A stretch of DNA of 64,000 nucleotides from positions 4,512,696 to 4,576,695 of the forward strand of contig OY781964.1 of NCBI GenBank assembly GCA_963677485.1, read 5' to 3'. Of the stretch, positions 8,615-18,838 are shown in pieces (positions within the stretch are counted from its first letter, which is position 1; each line of letters begins with the position of its first letter). The translations under genes were made by a program, and so were the position numbers. The stretch is from Armatimonadota bacterium (GTDB lineage Bacteria > Armatimonadota > HRBIN16). Below the pieces are notes generated by a model. That model saw only the letters and a program-made list of their open reading frames with translations. It had not been told where the DNA came from and searched no databases.

Positions 8615-10918
8615 ATGAAATTGAGAATCACAGCCGCGATGTCGTTAATGTTCTGTCTATCGTCCGTACTTTTATATGCCGCGAATGATGTCATGACCCA
8701 CTCCGCTCCGAACGCCGTGCAGATTGAGGGACGGCTTGGCAAAAAGATGGAGCTTTGCGTCGACCGCCGCCTGTTGGTGCAGGATATCGAAGCCGTCGTG
8801 AAGCCTTACCGCACGAAAACGGAGATCGGTGGCGGCGATTGGCGGTGTGAGTATTGGGGCAAGTGGTACACCTCGCTGACACTGGCTGATGCCTACCATT
8901 CAACACCTGCCACGCGGGCGAAATGTGATGAGGCGGTGCGCGCACTCATCGCTACGGCTGCCCCCGATGGGTATCTGGGAACCCGCATCCCCGAGCACCG
9001 TATGAAGGGCTGGGACGTGTGGGGGTGCAAGTATGCGTTGCTGGGGCTGATCGGTTATTATGACCGGACCCACGATGCTTCGGTGTTGAAGGCCGCTTGT
9101 CGGCATACCGATGTGTTGATTTCGGAGTTCGGTCCAGGCAAAATCAGCGTGGCCGATATCGGCGAATGGAACGGAATGCCGGCGTCATCGGTTCTGGAAC
9201 CTGTGGTGCTGCTATATGAGCGCACCGGAATGAGCAAGTATCTGGAGTTCGCCGAGTACATTGTGGCTTGCTGGAGCAAACCATCTACCCGCCTGCCGGC
9301 CGGAATGCGTCTGGTGGAAGATGCACTGGCGGGGAAGGTACCGTCGCAGATGTGTGCGCCAAAGGCTTACGAGATGATGTCCTGTTTTGAGGGGCTGTGT
9401 GAGCTCTATCGCGTGACCGGCAAACGCGAGTATCTGGAAGCAAGTGTCAAGCTCTCGCAGAGTATCATGCGCGAAGAGGCCACGCTGGTTGGTGTTGGCA
9501 CACATAATGAGATATGGTTCGGCGGGGCCTCCCAGCAAACCGGTGTGGTGGAGAAGCCCATGGAGACCTGTGTGACCATCACATGGATGAAGCTCTGTGA
9601 TCAGCTTCTACGACTGACCGGCGATGCTCGGTATGCCGATGAGCTGGAGAAGAACCTGTACAACGGCCTGTTGGGTGCGATGATGCCTGATGGCGGTTGG
9701 TGGGCCTATTTTGACGGCTTGATGGGCTTCCGCGTGCCCAGTTACGTGCAGCACGCGGATGTGCAGTTAAGCTGCTGCGTGGTGAACGGTCCCCGCGCCT
9801 TGATGCTGACTCCGTTTTGGGCCTTTATGCAGAATTCAGACGGTCCTGTAGTGAACCTCTACGCACCAGGCAGTTCGGAAATAGGGAAGGTGAAGCTGAC
9901 GGTCACGGGTGATTACCCAGTCGATGAGCACGTTGGCGTGATAGTGACACCCGGCTCACCCAAAGAGTTCACGCTGTCTTTGCGCATCCCTGTCTGGAGT
10001 GAGCACACCGTGGTGAGTGTCAACGGAAAGCCGCAGACAGTGACCGCTGGATACACTAAAATCCGCCGAACCTGGAAAAACGGCGACAAGGTTGAAATTG
10101 TATTCGACATGCAAGGCAAGTTTGTGGAGCAGAATGGATACCTCGCGCTGACACGGGGGCCGATGGTGCTGTCACTGGATAACCGCCTCACCCCAGAAAC
10201 TGCGCAGCAAACTACCCTTGATACCAAAAAAAAGCTGATACCCAACCCCTCAGCGGCGCGAAGGATCGGAGCGTGGATGGCGTTCGACCTGGGCCCGCTC
10301 ACATTCTGTGACTATGCCTCCGCCGGCAACGGGTTCAGTCAGAAGAACCTGTTCCGCACCTGGCTACCGCAGCCGTGTGATCCAGCTTCCGTGTATAAAA
10401 CAGGCTACACGATCCCATTGCTTTCGCACTCCGTAACCTGGACGGACCCGCCTAGACCGTTGCCCCGTGTCGAAAACCCCAAACTGGACCTGGCGTTGGC
10501 CGCCAACGGGGCACAAGCCAGCTCCGATAGCGAGTATTCTCAGGAGCCGGGATGCACAGACGAGTTGATTGATGGCATCCTATCCACCCCGGGTGACTTT
10601 ACGAACAGATGGCATTCCGCACTCGATAAAGCTCACCCTCACTGGGTGGAGGTGCGTCTCGCGAAACCGGCGATGGTATCAAACGTCACGATCCATTTCG
10701 CCGACCCAACTGGGTATCCTGTGAGTTTTGAGGGGTTTGTGATCAACTCTGGGCAGAGTCAGCGTGTGTTCAATGTGACGAATAACACGGACTCGAAAAG
10801 TTATACTGCGAAGTTCTCGCTTGTCAAAGCGGACTCCTTCCGGCTGATCATACACAAGTCCGCGAGTTCGGCATTTCCCAATGCAGCTCAGATCAGCGAA
10901 ATTGAGATAAACAAATAG
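8615..10918 (+). CDS. Secreted GH127/GH146-family (DUF1680, beta-L-arabinofuranosidase-like) hydrolase with a C-terminal F5/8-type C / NPCBM-like domain
   Basis: Signal peptide MKLRITAAMSLMFCLSSVLLYAAN. ETCVTITWMKLCDQLLRLTGDARYADELEKNLYNGLL and the SCCVVNGPR cysteine motif match GH127 catalytic/zinc-site regions. The ATG at 8615 is preferred over the ORF-track start at 8513. Confidence 0.7.
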   Translation: MKLRITAAMSLMFCLSSVLLYAANDVMTHSAPNAVQIEGRLGKKMELCVDRRLLVQDIEAVVKPYRTKTEIGGGDWRCEYWGKWYTSLTLADAYHSTPATRAKCDEAVRALIATAAPDGYLGTRIPEHRMKGWDVWGCKYALLGLIGYYDRTHDASVLKAACRHTDVLISEFGPGKISVADIGEWNGMPASSVLEPVVLLYERTGMSKYLEFAEYIVACWSKPSTRLPAGMRLVEDALAGKVPSQMCAPKAYEMMSCFEGLCELYRVTGKREYLEASVKLSQSIMREEATLVGVGTHNEIWFGGASQQTGVVEKPMETCVTITWMKLCDQLLRLTGDARYADELEKNLYNGLLGAMMPDGGWWAYFDGLMGFRVPSYVQHADVQLSCCVVNGPRALMLTPFWAFMQNSDGPVVNLYAPGSSEIGKVKLTVTGDYPVDEHVGVIVTPGSPKEFTLSLRIPVWSEHTVVSVNGKPQTVTAGYTKIRRTWKNGDKVEIVFDMQGKFVEQNGYLALTRGPMVLSLDNRLTPETAQQTTLDTKKKLIPNPSAARRIGAWMAFDLGPLTFCDYASAGNGFSQKNLFRTWLPQPCDPASVYKTGYTIPLLSHSVTWTDPPRPLPRVENPKLDLALAANGAQASSDSEYSQEPGCTDELIDGILSTPGDFTNRWHSALDKAHPHWVEVRLAKPAMVSNVTIHFADPTGYPVSFEGFVINSGQSQRVFNVTNNTDSKSYTAKFSLVKADSFRLIIHKSASSAFPNAAQISEIEINK

Positions 10919-10993
10919 CAGTATAGAGGATAACAGCCAGTCGATGGTAAAAAATGTAATGATGTTGATCCAAAATCAAGGTGGACACAATAC

Positions 10994-13938
10994 ATGTTTG
11001 TATCAGGCTGCTTCATATTCGCAGCTGTGGTGGTGCTAAGCTCTGCGTCCAGGGCTTCCGGCGATCTGTCGGTAAAACGGACCAAAGAGGCTGTGATTTT
11101 AAGCCGTGCTGGGAAGTCACTCTCAGTTTCATTGGTATGCCCGAAGTTTTTGGTGCAGGACCAATGGGTCGGCGGTCAAGAGCTTCCGCTCAAGCTGACC
11201 GGCAGTCTGTCTACTGCCAGCGGGGGGCGGCTGGAGGCGTCATATGCTCCAATTGCCATTACCGGATCGGGGCAACTGGAAGTGCAGTTACATGTGGAGT
11301 GGTCCCCTAAGGACAGCACACTTCGGAAGTGGACCCGCTGCCGCATGATGGAGACCCCCCACACGGCTGTATTGAAGGAAGTGGTTCTTGAGCAGATTGA
11401 TGGGGTGAAGGATGCAGGTTGCACGCCCACTGTCGGGCAGAGCTATCCTGTGTTTTTACCGGGCTTCTTCGCTGGCGTGGAATATCCCATCGCGGCCGTT
11501 CGGAAGACCAATTCGACTGTGTCGTTAGGGCACCGGCCAGGGAAAACACTCACACCTGGTCAGTGGTTCGAGAGCAGAAAGACGGTGTATTCCGCGGTGC
11601 CGGTCGGCGAGGAGAGGGCGGGCTTTAAGAGGTACGTGGCTGCACACCGGCCTGGAGCGGGCACATTCCATGTGAACTACAACAGTTGGTGGACATCCCC
11701 GTGCCGTATACCGAGAAGGACATTTTGGGGCTGGTGAACAGCTTCAAGACGAAGATGTATGACCCTCATAAAGTGAGTTATGATACCTTCACCATAGACA
11801 TGGGCTGGTCCGACCCACTGACCATGTGGCAGGTCAACGCGAAGTCGTTCCCGAATAGGTGCCGTGACATCATCAGCCAGGTGACTGCCATGAAGTCGCA
11901 CCTCGGCTTCTGGATTTCGCCCAGCAACTGCTACTCCCCGCAAAGTGTCGATACCGACTGGGCTGCGAAGAATGGTTTTGAGACCTACACTTCAACCTCC
12001 GGCATGAAGCTCTGCTGTCTCGCCGGCCTGAAGTATGCCGATGCGTTCCGAGCCGCACTGGTCAAACTGGTCACCGAGTACCGCTCATGCCACTTTAAAT
12101 TCGATGGCTATGTGCTGGAGTGCACTTCTTCTGATCATGGGCATCTGCCCGGCGATCTATCTCAGGATGCCACAGCAGAAGGTTTGCTGGCGGCGGTGGC
12201 GGATATCCGAAAACATTCCAAAAACACATGGATCGAAACCACCTGCATGGGCTGGAACGGCAGCCCGTGGTGGTTGTTCTATGTGGATTCCGTGATCGGC
12301 ACGTATGGTGATGATGCGCCTTACGGTCGTGTGCCATGTCCGGTCTACCGGGAGAGCTCCACCACAGCCCGTGATTACTACAATCTGCAGGGGGCGGAAT
12401 GGCTCGTGATGCCGATCGTGGCTCAGGAAGTGCTGGGGGTAATCCACCAGACACCGGAGCCGCTGACCAACGACGCTGTGGATGTGATCATGCGCGGGCA
12501 TATGTTCATGCCGGTTTATATGAACCCTGCCTATATGAACGACGCACGCTGGAAGAGCTTCTCGGAGCTGATCTCCTGGGCGAGGGCGAACGCCAAGACG
12601 CTGCAGCAGACCACTCCACTTCAGCCGGTCTCCTGGCAGAACGGTGAAGCTCCCAAGTTCGATGAGAACGCCGTGATGCCACGTGAGCCGTATGGTTACG
12701 CTCACTGCTTTGGCGATCAAGGCTTAATACACCTTCGTAACCCCTGGATTACGAATGCAGACTATGAACTGAAGCTTGATGCCAGCCTGGGGCTGGATAC
12801 TGACGCCAAAAATCTGAACATCGTGAGCCTATATCCTGAGCCGAGGTTGTATGCCCGGTCGGTGAAATACGGAGACAAACTGCGCATCCCTATAGCACCG
12901 TATGAGACGCTGGTGCTGCAGATCAGCAAAAAGGAGACTGCCAAGGGTTTAACAAATGCTCACGAGCAGACACCGAGCATATCTGCGTTGAGTGTCACGA
13001 AGAACGAGAAAGCCAAGGTCCTCTACAATAGTTCAGACGCTGCCTTCGGTCCAGATTGGACCAGCCTGGTGGGCACTGCGAAGTCAGGAACCCGTGTTCA
13101 GTATGGCTGTGATGTGACGGTATCGGCGCCTGATACGGAGCTGTTGATTCTGAACGAGGCCCCCACAGATGAGATCAACTGCCCTGGCAGCATCATCGTG
13201 GACGGAGTGGTGGCCAAGCCTGTCATCACGGGTTCGGCTTCGGGCTGGAGTGCCACGGGACTACCAAAACACGAACACTGGATGTTCCTAAGGGTGCCGT
13301 TGCCGCAAGGCAAACACAGCGTCTCGATCGATATCTATCCCTCTGCTGGTCAGAGTTGCAGTGCGTGGATATGGGCCAGGAAACCAGGCGGGAACTCCAA
13401 CATCATGACGAATCTACTTCCACAGCCAGAAGTTATCTCACTACAGTCACAGTGCCTCATCGATCCATTTGCGGTGGACACTGTCGACGCGCCTGTGATG
13501 AATATTGACCGGCCTGTGTCGCGCATCAACGGTGTCTATCTGGACACTCTGCAGCCCACGAGCGTGAAGCAGGGCTGGGGGACCCTCCAGAAGAACCAGA
13601 GCGTCTGGGAAAAGCCCATGATGATCGGCGGGGTGCGGTTTCTACGCGGGCTGGGCACACATGCTGAGGCGAAGATCGTTTATGATCTGGACGGCAAATA
13701 CCGGCGGTTTCAGAGTTATGTGGGGGCGGACAGTAATACGTCGCCTACAGTGACATTCACCATCAAGCTTGATGGGGTGATCGCATGGGAATCTGGTTTG
13801 ATGACTCAGGCCGACCAAGCCAAGTTCGTAGACATCGACATCACAGGCAAGAAACAGCTCGAACTGATTGTTGGCGACGGCGGCAACGGCTTCGTAGGCG
13901 ATCACGCGGATTTTGCCGACGCCATGTTGCTGCGGTAA
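10994..13938 (+). CDS. Frameshifted secreted alpha-galactosidase-like glycoside hydrolase (clan GH-D-like) with a C-terminal NPCBM carbohydrate-binding module. The two ORFs 10994..11737 and 11686..13938 are joined by a 1-nt frameshift near the C-run at 11697-11701.
   Basis: Signal-like N-terminus FIFAAVVVLSSASRASG. The reading HVNYNSWWTSP / VPYTEKDIL is continuous only across a frame change. KFDGYV and FTIDMGW motifs. C-terminal GWGTLQKN...GGVRFLRGLGTHAEAKIVYDLDG...TFTIKLDGV...DHADFADAML is a typical NPCBM (PF08305) pattern. Confidence 0.55.
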
Positions 13939-13968
13939 AATACTTAACTCATAAAGGAGATAAATCAA

Positions 13969-16839
13969 ATGCGATTCCTGCTCGCTTTATTCAGTTGTGT
14001 GCTGCTGAGCCTGCTGTTATGCGCTACAGGATCGGCGGATTCGGTCGCGACTTCGGGATTCGGGCTGTTCAAGCACAGCCGTGAGGGCTGGAACTGGGAC
14101 GCCGTCACCAGTGCCCGCTTCACAACCGCTCTTGAGCAGCGTGACGGCAGTTATGTGCTGCAGTTAACGATCCTTGGTGATCTGTCTGACATCGATTACT
14201 CGAAAGCTAGGGTGGGTATCGTCTCAGGGACTCCTGGGACGCAGCCCTCTATCTGGTTCTCGGGTGAGAAGCCATACAAGCTGGATTCCAATGTGCAGTC
14301 GCCCTGGGCCACGAACCAGGTGGCGCAGGCTGTGCTGCAAAGCGCCGCGATGACGAAATTGGCAAATGGATTTACGATGGAGCTTGTGCTCGATTCCGCT
14401 CCGGTGTTCCGCTCTGCGTGGGACATGTATCTGATCATCGATGCCGATGACAACACCGTCAACGGTTTCCTGGGAACGGAATACTTGATTCAAAACACCA
14501 AGCTGACCGGCAAAGAGGTACGCGACCTCTCCATCGCCTGGTTTGATTGCCGTCCAGCGATATTGAAGACAGGCCAAAAAGGGCTGTTGACGGCGGTGAT
14601 ACAGAACAACACCTCCAGTGATATCGCCGAAGTCCGGGTGAAGCTTGTGGCACCCGCTGGTCTGAAGCTGCTGAGCAAATATGCAGAGCAGCTCAAGCTT
14701 CGTGCCAAGGAGACTAGGCGGATCGAGTGCTCCGTGGTCGCACAGAAGCCGGGTTATTACCCGGTCAGGGTTCAGATTTCCACAGATAAATCGCAAACAA
14801 GTGGATCGCAGATGCTCTATGTGACATTGCAACGTGACCCCCGGCATGAGTTCCAGACAGCAAACGGGGGCTGGGCACAATACCCTGAGCGTCCTACCAT
14901 GCAGACAGGCAATGTGAACAAGATCGACGTAATCAAATCACTACCCTCGGCCAAACTCAAACGCAACCTGTTCGGCATCACAGCTCACATTCCGCGAAGT
15001 GTCAATGAGGAAGATCCGTATGCTGTCACCCATCTGACTGATGGCGACCTCACGAGTTGCTGGGCGTCGAGATGGTGGCGGGTGTCGGTGCCGTATCAGC
15101 CGGAATGGGTGCAAATTGACCTGAAGCGAACGATCAACGCCTCCGAAATCCGGTTCCTCCCGGCATGGAAGAACAGTGGAATGCCGGCCGCGTTCAAGAT
15201 AGAGGGAAGTGTCGACGGACGGAAGTGGGAGTCGCTATACGAAAATCTGGACTATCAACCACAGATATCGGACGATGCAGCGAAGCGGCACGGTGAGTTG
15301 AGCTGGCAGTGCTTCCCGATAAAGAGCCGATCATTGCGATATGTTCGGTTTGAAGCATCGCGGTTGACCCAGGGTGGCACCTCCTTCTTTTGTGCGCCCA
15401 TGGAGCCGTTCCAGTTCCGGATCGCGGAGATACAGGTTGTGGATTCGGCCGGTGCTACCGTGGACATGGCCAAAGCGGTCGCCTCGTGTTCAAGCGTGCA
15501 TACCGCATGGTATAACTCCCCTGAAACCATCAAGAAGACATGGCCTCTGATGCTGAAATCCGGCGTGAAGGTCAACCGCATCGGCCAGTGGGGTGACAAG
15601 ACCGACTGGGCCACCGTCGAAAAGACCAAAGGCGTCTACAAGATAGATGCGGAACTCGATCGCCACATCACCGAATCGGTGAACAAAGGCATCGACATCA
15701 TGATGACGCTGGACTACGGCAACAACCTTTATCAACAACTGCCGGATGCGCCTGAATTTGGCCCCACCTGGCAGAGAGGGCATCCATTTCTGCAGTGTGC
15801 GCCGACCACGCCTGAAGCGGTGGAAGCTTTCGCCAAATACTGTGCCTTCATGGCTACCCATTTTAAAGGTCGCGTGAACTGTTTCGAGATATGGAATGAA
15901 GAGAACGGCTGGTTCTTTGACGCCTGGTCGAAGAACGGCAGTGTGGAGATGGTAAAGGCGTATGGCAAGGCGCTCACCGCTGCGGCCAAGGCCATTAAAC
16001 AGGTCAACCCGGATGCTAAGGTCTGTTTTGGGGGAACCGCCGGTTCCGCACCTGACTTCTGGCGTATCGCACTGGACGAGGGGGCTGGTCCGTATCTGGA
16101 CCTGGTGGCGTTCCACCCTTATGGCCACGGAACACCCGAATCCGCTCCATCTAGCTTCTTAACTGAGGTAGATGGAAAAATGGACTGGAAGCCACGTCCT
16201 GCTGAGATCACAGATTACGAGAGCGAGATCAGCGCGTTCCGCAGCCTGGTGCGTAAGTACAACCCATCGCTGGATGTGTGGGCGAACGAGATGAACTGGT
16301 TCGCTCCGGGTGAACCTGCGAATTCGGGCATGGGCGACATGAGCGATCTGTCGCAAGCAAAACACCTTGCCCGCTTCTATGCGACCAACGCCTGGCTGGG
16401 TTGCGGCGCGGTGTGGTGGTCGCTGTATAACGCCAACGGCGTTCAGGAGTGGGCTGTCCTGCGATCTGCAGATATGTCGCCTCGTGCCGCGTACTACTCG
16501 GCTGGGTATGTGTCGACGGTTCTGGATGCGGTCACTGCCGCGGATGAACTCAAACCTGAGATCATTGGACATGCGCCCGAGAATCTGGTGGTGAAGGCCT
16601 ACCGAAACGACTCTGGGGAGCTGATCATTGGCTTGTGGCTGAAAAGCTCAGCGAATGACGGCTGCCAGCCCGTGGAAGTCAGCCTTCGAGTGCCGAACCT
16701 GCGGGCTGGCAAGATCGAGCTGCTGGACTCGCTATATGGATACCGACAAAAGGCTGAGTTCGAGAATGCAGGAGGTTCGGTCACGCTTGACCGGCTGCTT
16801 GTGGGCGACTGGCCGTTGTTTGTCCGGATCGCAAAATAG
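13969..16839 (+). CDS. Secreted clan GH-A (GH39/GH5-like TIM-barrel) glycoside hydrolase with an F5/8-type C domain
   Basis: Signal peptide MRFLLALFSCVLLSLLLCATGSA. Discoidin-like CWASRWWRVSVPYQPEWVQIDLKRT. Acid/base-like CFEIWNEENGWF and nucleophile-like DVWANEMNWF motifs. Confidence 0.55.
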   Translation: MRFLLALFSCVLLSLLLCATGSADSVATSGFGLFKHSREGWNWDAVTSARFTTALEQRDGSYVLQLTILGDLSDIDYSKARVGIVSGTPGTQPSIWFSGEKPYKLDSNVQSPWATNQVAQAVLQSAAMTKLANGFTMELVLDSAPVFRSAWDMYLIIDADDNTVNGFLGTEYLIQNTKLTGKEVRDLSIAWFDCRPAILKTGQKGLLTAVIQNNTSSDIAEVRVKLVAPAGLKLLSKYAEQLKLRAKETRRIECSVVAQKPGYYPVRVQISTDKSQTSGSQMLYVTLQRDPRHEFQTANGGWAQYPERPTMQTGNVNKIDVIKSLPSAKLKRNLFGITAHIPRSVNEEDPYAVTHLTDGDLTSCWASRWWRVSVPYQPEWVQIDLKRTINASEIRFLPAWKNSGMPAAFKIEGSVDGRKWESLYENLDYQPQISDDAAKRHGELSWQCFPIKSRSLRYVRFEASRLTQGGTSFFCAPMEPFQFRIAEIQVVDSAGATVDMAKAVASCSSVHTAWYNSPETIKKTWPLMLKSGVKVNRIGQWGDKTDWATVEKTKGVYKIDAELDRHITESVNKGIDIMMTLDYGNNLYQQLPDAPEFGPTWQRGHPFLQCAPTTPEAVEAFAKYCAFMATHFKGRVNCFEIWNEENGWFFDAWSKNGSVEMVKAYGKALTAAAKAIKQVNPDAKVCFGGTAGSAPDFWRIALDEGAGPYLDLVAFHPYGHGTPESAPSSFLTEVDGKMDWKPRPAEITDYESEISAFRSLVRKYNPSLDVWANEMNWFAPGEPANSGMGDMSDLSQAKHLARFYATNAWLGCGAVWWSLYNANGVQEWAVLRSADMSPRAAYYSAGYVSTVLDAVTAADELKPEIIGHAPENLVVKAYRNDSGELIIGLWLKSSANDGCQPVEVSLRVPNLRAGKIELLDSLYGYRQKAEFENAGGSVTLDRLLVGDWPLFVRIAK

Positions 16840-16902
16840 CTCATATGTGAGCATTAAATAGAATCGTAGCATCCATCACTTCACAAAATAGGAGTATACC
16901 TA

Positions 16903-18795
16903 ATGTCGACCGAATACAAGCCGCTGCCGTTCCATAAGGTGAACATCACCGATCAGTTTTGGGCTCCGCGAATCCAGACGAACGCGGGTGAAACCCTCTA
17001 CACTCAGTATCGAAACCTGCAAGAGACAGGCCGACTGCCGGCATTCAAACTCGACTGGCATGAGGGTATGGAACCTGTTCCGCACATTTTCTGGGATTCG
17101 GATGTAGCGAAGTGGGTAGAGGGTGCGTGCTATTCCATCAACCTGGTGCCTGATGCAAAGATTGAAGCGATGCTTGATGAAGCGATTGACCTGATCATAT
17201 CGGCACAGCAGCCGGACGGGTACCTGAACATCTACTTCACAGTGGTAGAGCCGGAGAAGAGGTGGACGAACCTGCGCGACCAGCATGAGCTTTACTGTGC
17301 CGGGCACCTCATGGAGGCGGCGGTCGCCCATTTTAGGGCCACCGGCTCGCGCAAATTCCTTGATGCCATGTGCCGATACGCCGACTACATTGCGTCGGTA
17401 TTCGGAGTGGAACCCGGTAAAAAGAGGGGGTATTGCGGTCATCCTGAGATAGAGCTCGCGTTGGTGAAGCTTTATGAGGCGACAGGTGAGGAAAGATACC
17501 TCAAGCTGAGCGAGTATTTCGTCGAAGAGCATGGCCAGCAGCCTCACTATTTCGACATCGAGGCGGCTGAACGCGGCGAGGTTGTCGATACAAGCCATCT
17601 TCCGCCCCATATGCTGACCGACCGGTATGCGTATGCTCAGGCGGATGTGCCTGTCAGGGAGCAAAAGAGCGTGGCGGGCCACGCGGTCCGTGCGATGTAT
17701 TTCTATTCGGGAGCGGCCGATATCGCCGGAATCAATAACGACGAGAGCCTGTTCTCCGTGCTCAAGCGGCTCCTGAATGACCTCACCACCAAACGGATGT
17801 ACATCACCGGGGGTATCGGCCCATCCAGGCACAATGAAGGCTTTACCACCGACTATGACCTGCCAAACGACACGGCATACGCCGAAACCTGTGCGGCGAT
17901 TGGGTTAGTCATGTGGAACCATCGGATGCTGCGGTTTGATCTGAACAGCAGCTACTCAGACGTAATGGAACTGGCTTTATACAACGGCACCATCAGCGGG
18001 ATATCGCTGAGCGGTGACCGCTACTTCTACGAGAACCCATTGGCAAGTGATGGTTCGCACCACCGTGTCGACTGGTTTGGTTGTTCCTGCTGCCCGCCCA
18101 ATATCTTTAGGATGATGGCCTCGGTTGGTGGATATGCCTATTCCTACACCGAGACCGACGCGATCGTGCATCTGTATATGCAGAGTGAGTGTGAGCTTGA
18201 GGTCGGTGGTCAGGCGGTGCAACTTGCGCAAAAGACAAACTACCCATGGGATGGCCGTGTTTCCCTCACCGTGGGGCTTGAGCAGCCTGCCGAATTTACC
18301 ATCAAGCTGCGGAAGCCAGGCTGGTGCGATGACTTCAGTCTTTCCATCAACGGTGTGAAGCAAAATGATGTTGCCGTGGAGAAGGGGTATATCAGCTTGC
18401 ACCGCATGTGGAAAGATGGGGATGTGATTGAGCTTGATCTGCCGATGGTAGCCAAGCGGTTATACGCCAATCCTGCCGTCAGCCAGGATATCGGCAGGGT
18501 GGCCATCACACGTGGGCCAGTGGTCTACTGTCTTGAGCAGGTTGACAACCAGATACCGTCTGAGCTGATTCAACTGCCTGACCAGGCGAAGCTTGTGGCC
18601 ACCTACGACCCAAATCTACTGGGTGGAGTGGTCGCCATCACCGCCGAGGCCGTGTCTGTGAGCTCAGACGGATGGGGTGATACGCTGTATAAAGATCAGC
18701 CTGCACCAACGGAACCCTGCACCATACAGGCGGTGCCCTATTATGCCTGGGATAACCGCGAGGTGGGCTGGATGAGCGTCTGGCTGCGCCGGTAG
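16903..18795 (+). CDS. Cytoplasmic GH127 beta-L-arabinofuranosidase (HypBA1-like, DUF1680)
   Basis: Cys-rich zinc/nucleophile motif FGCSCCPPNIF. ETCAAIGLVMWNHRMLRFDLNSSYSDVMELALYNG matches the GH127 catalytic region. No signal peptide. Confidence 0.8.
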   Translation: MSTEYKPLPFHKVNITDQFWAPRIQTNAGETLYTQYRNLQETGRLPAFKLDWHEGMEPVPHIFWDSDVAKWVEGACYSINLVPDAKIEAMLDEAIDLIISAQQPDGYLNIYFTVVEPEKRWTNLRDQHELYCAGHLMEAAVAHFRATGSRKFLDAMCRYADYIASVFGVEPGKKRGYCGHPEIELALVKLYEATGEERYLKLSEYFVEEHGQQPHYFDIEAAERGEVVDTSHLPPHMLTDRYAYAQADVPVREQKSVAGHAVRAMYFYSGAADIAGINNDESLFSVLKRLLNDLTTKRMYITGGIGPSRHNEGFTTDYDLPNDTAYAETCAAIGLVMWNHRMLRFDLNSSYSDVMELALYNGTISGISLSGDRYFYENPLASDGSHHRVDWFGCSCCPPNIFRMMASVGGYAYSYTETDAIVHLYMQSECELEVGGQAVQLAQKTNYPWDGRVSLTVGLEQPAEFTIKLRKPGWCDDFSLSINGVKQNDVAVEKGYISLHRMWKDGDVIELDLPMVAKRLYANPAVSQDIGRVAITRGPVVYCLEQVDNQIPSELIQLPDQAKLVATYDPNLLGGVVAITAEAVSVSSDGWGDTLYKDQPAPTEPCTIQAVPYYAWDNREVGWMSVWLRR

Positions 18796-18838
18796 GCGGG
18801 GTAGCATGAGCCAATCCGAGAGAAATGGACGGTGCCTG

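Noticed and set aside
16900-17832. 310-aa ORF on the minus strand, antisense to the GH127 gene. Similar long antisense ORFs occur at 24562..25566, 25774..26739, 12157..12720 and 15490..16128.
   Set aside because: Long stop-free antisense frames are expected in ~55-60% GC coding DNA. They show no recognisable motifs and overlap well-supported genes on the opposite strand.
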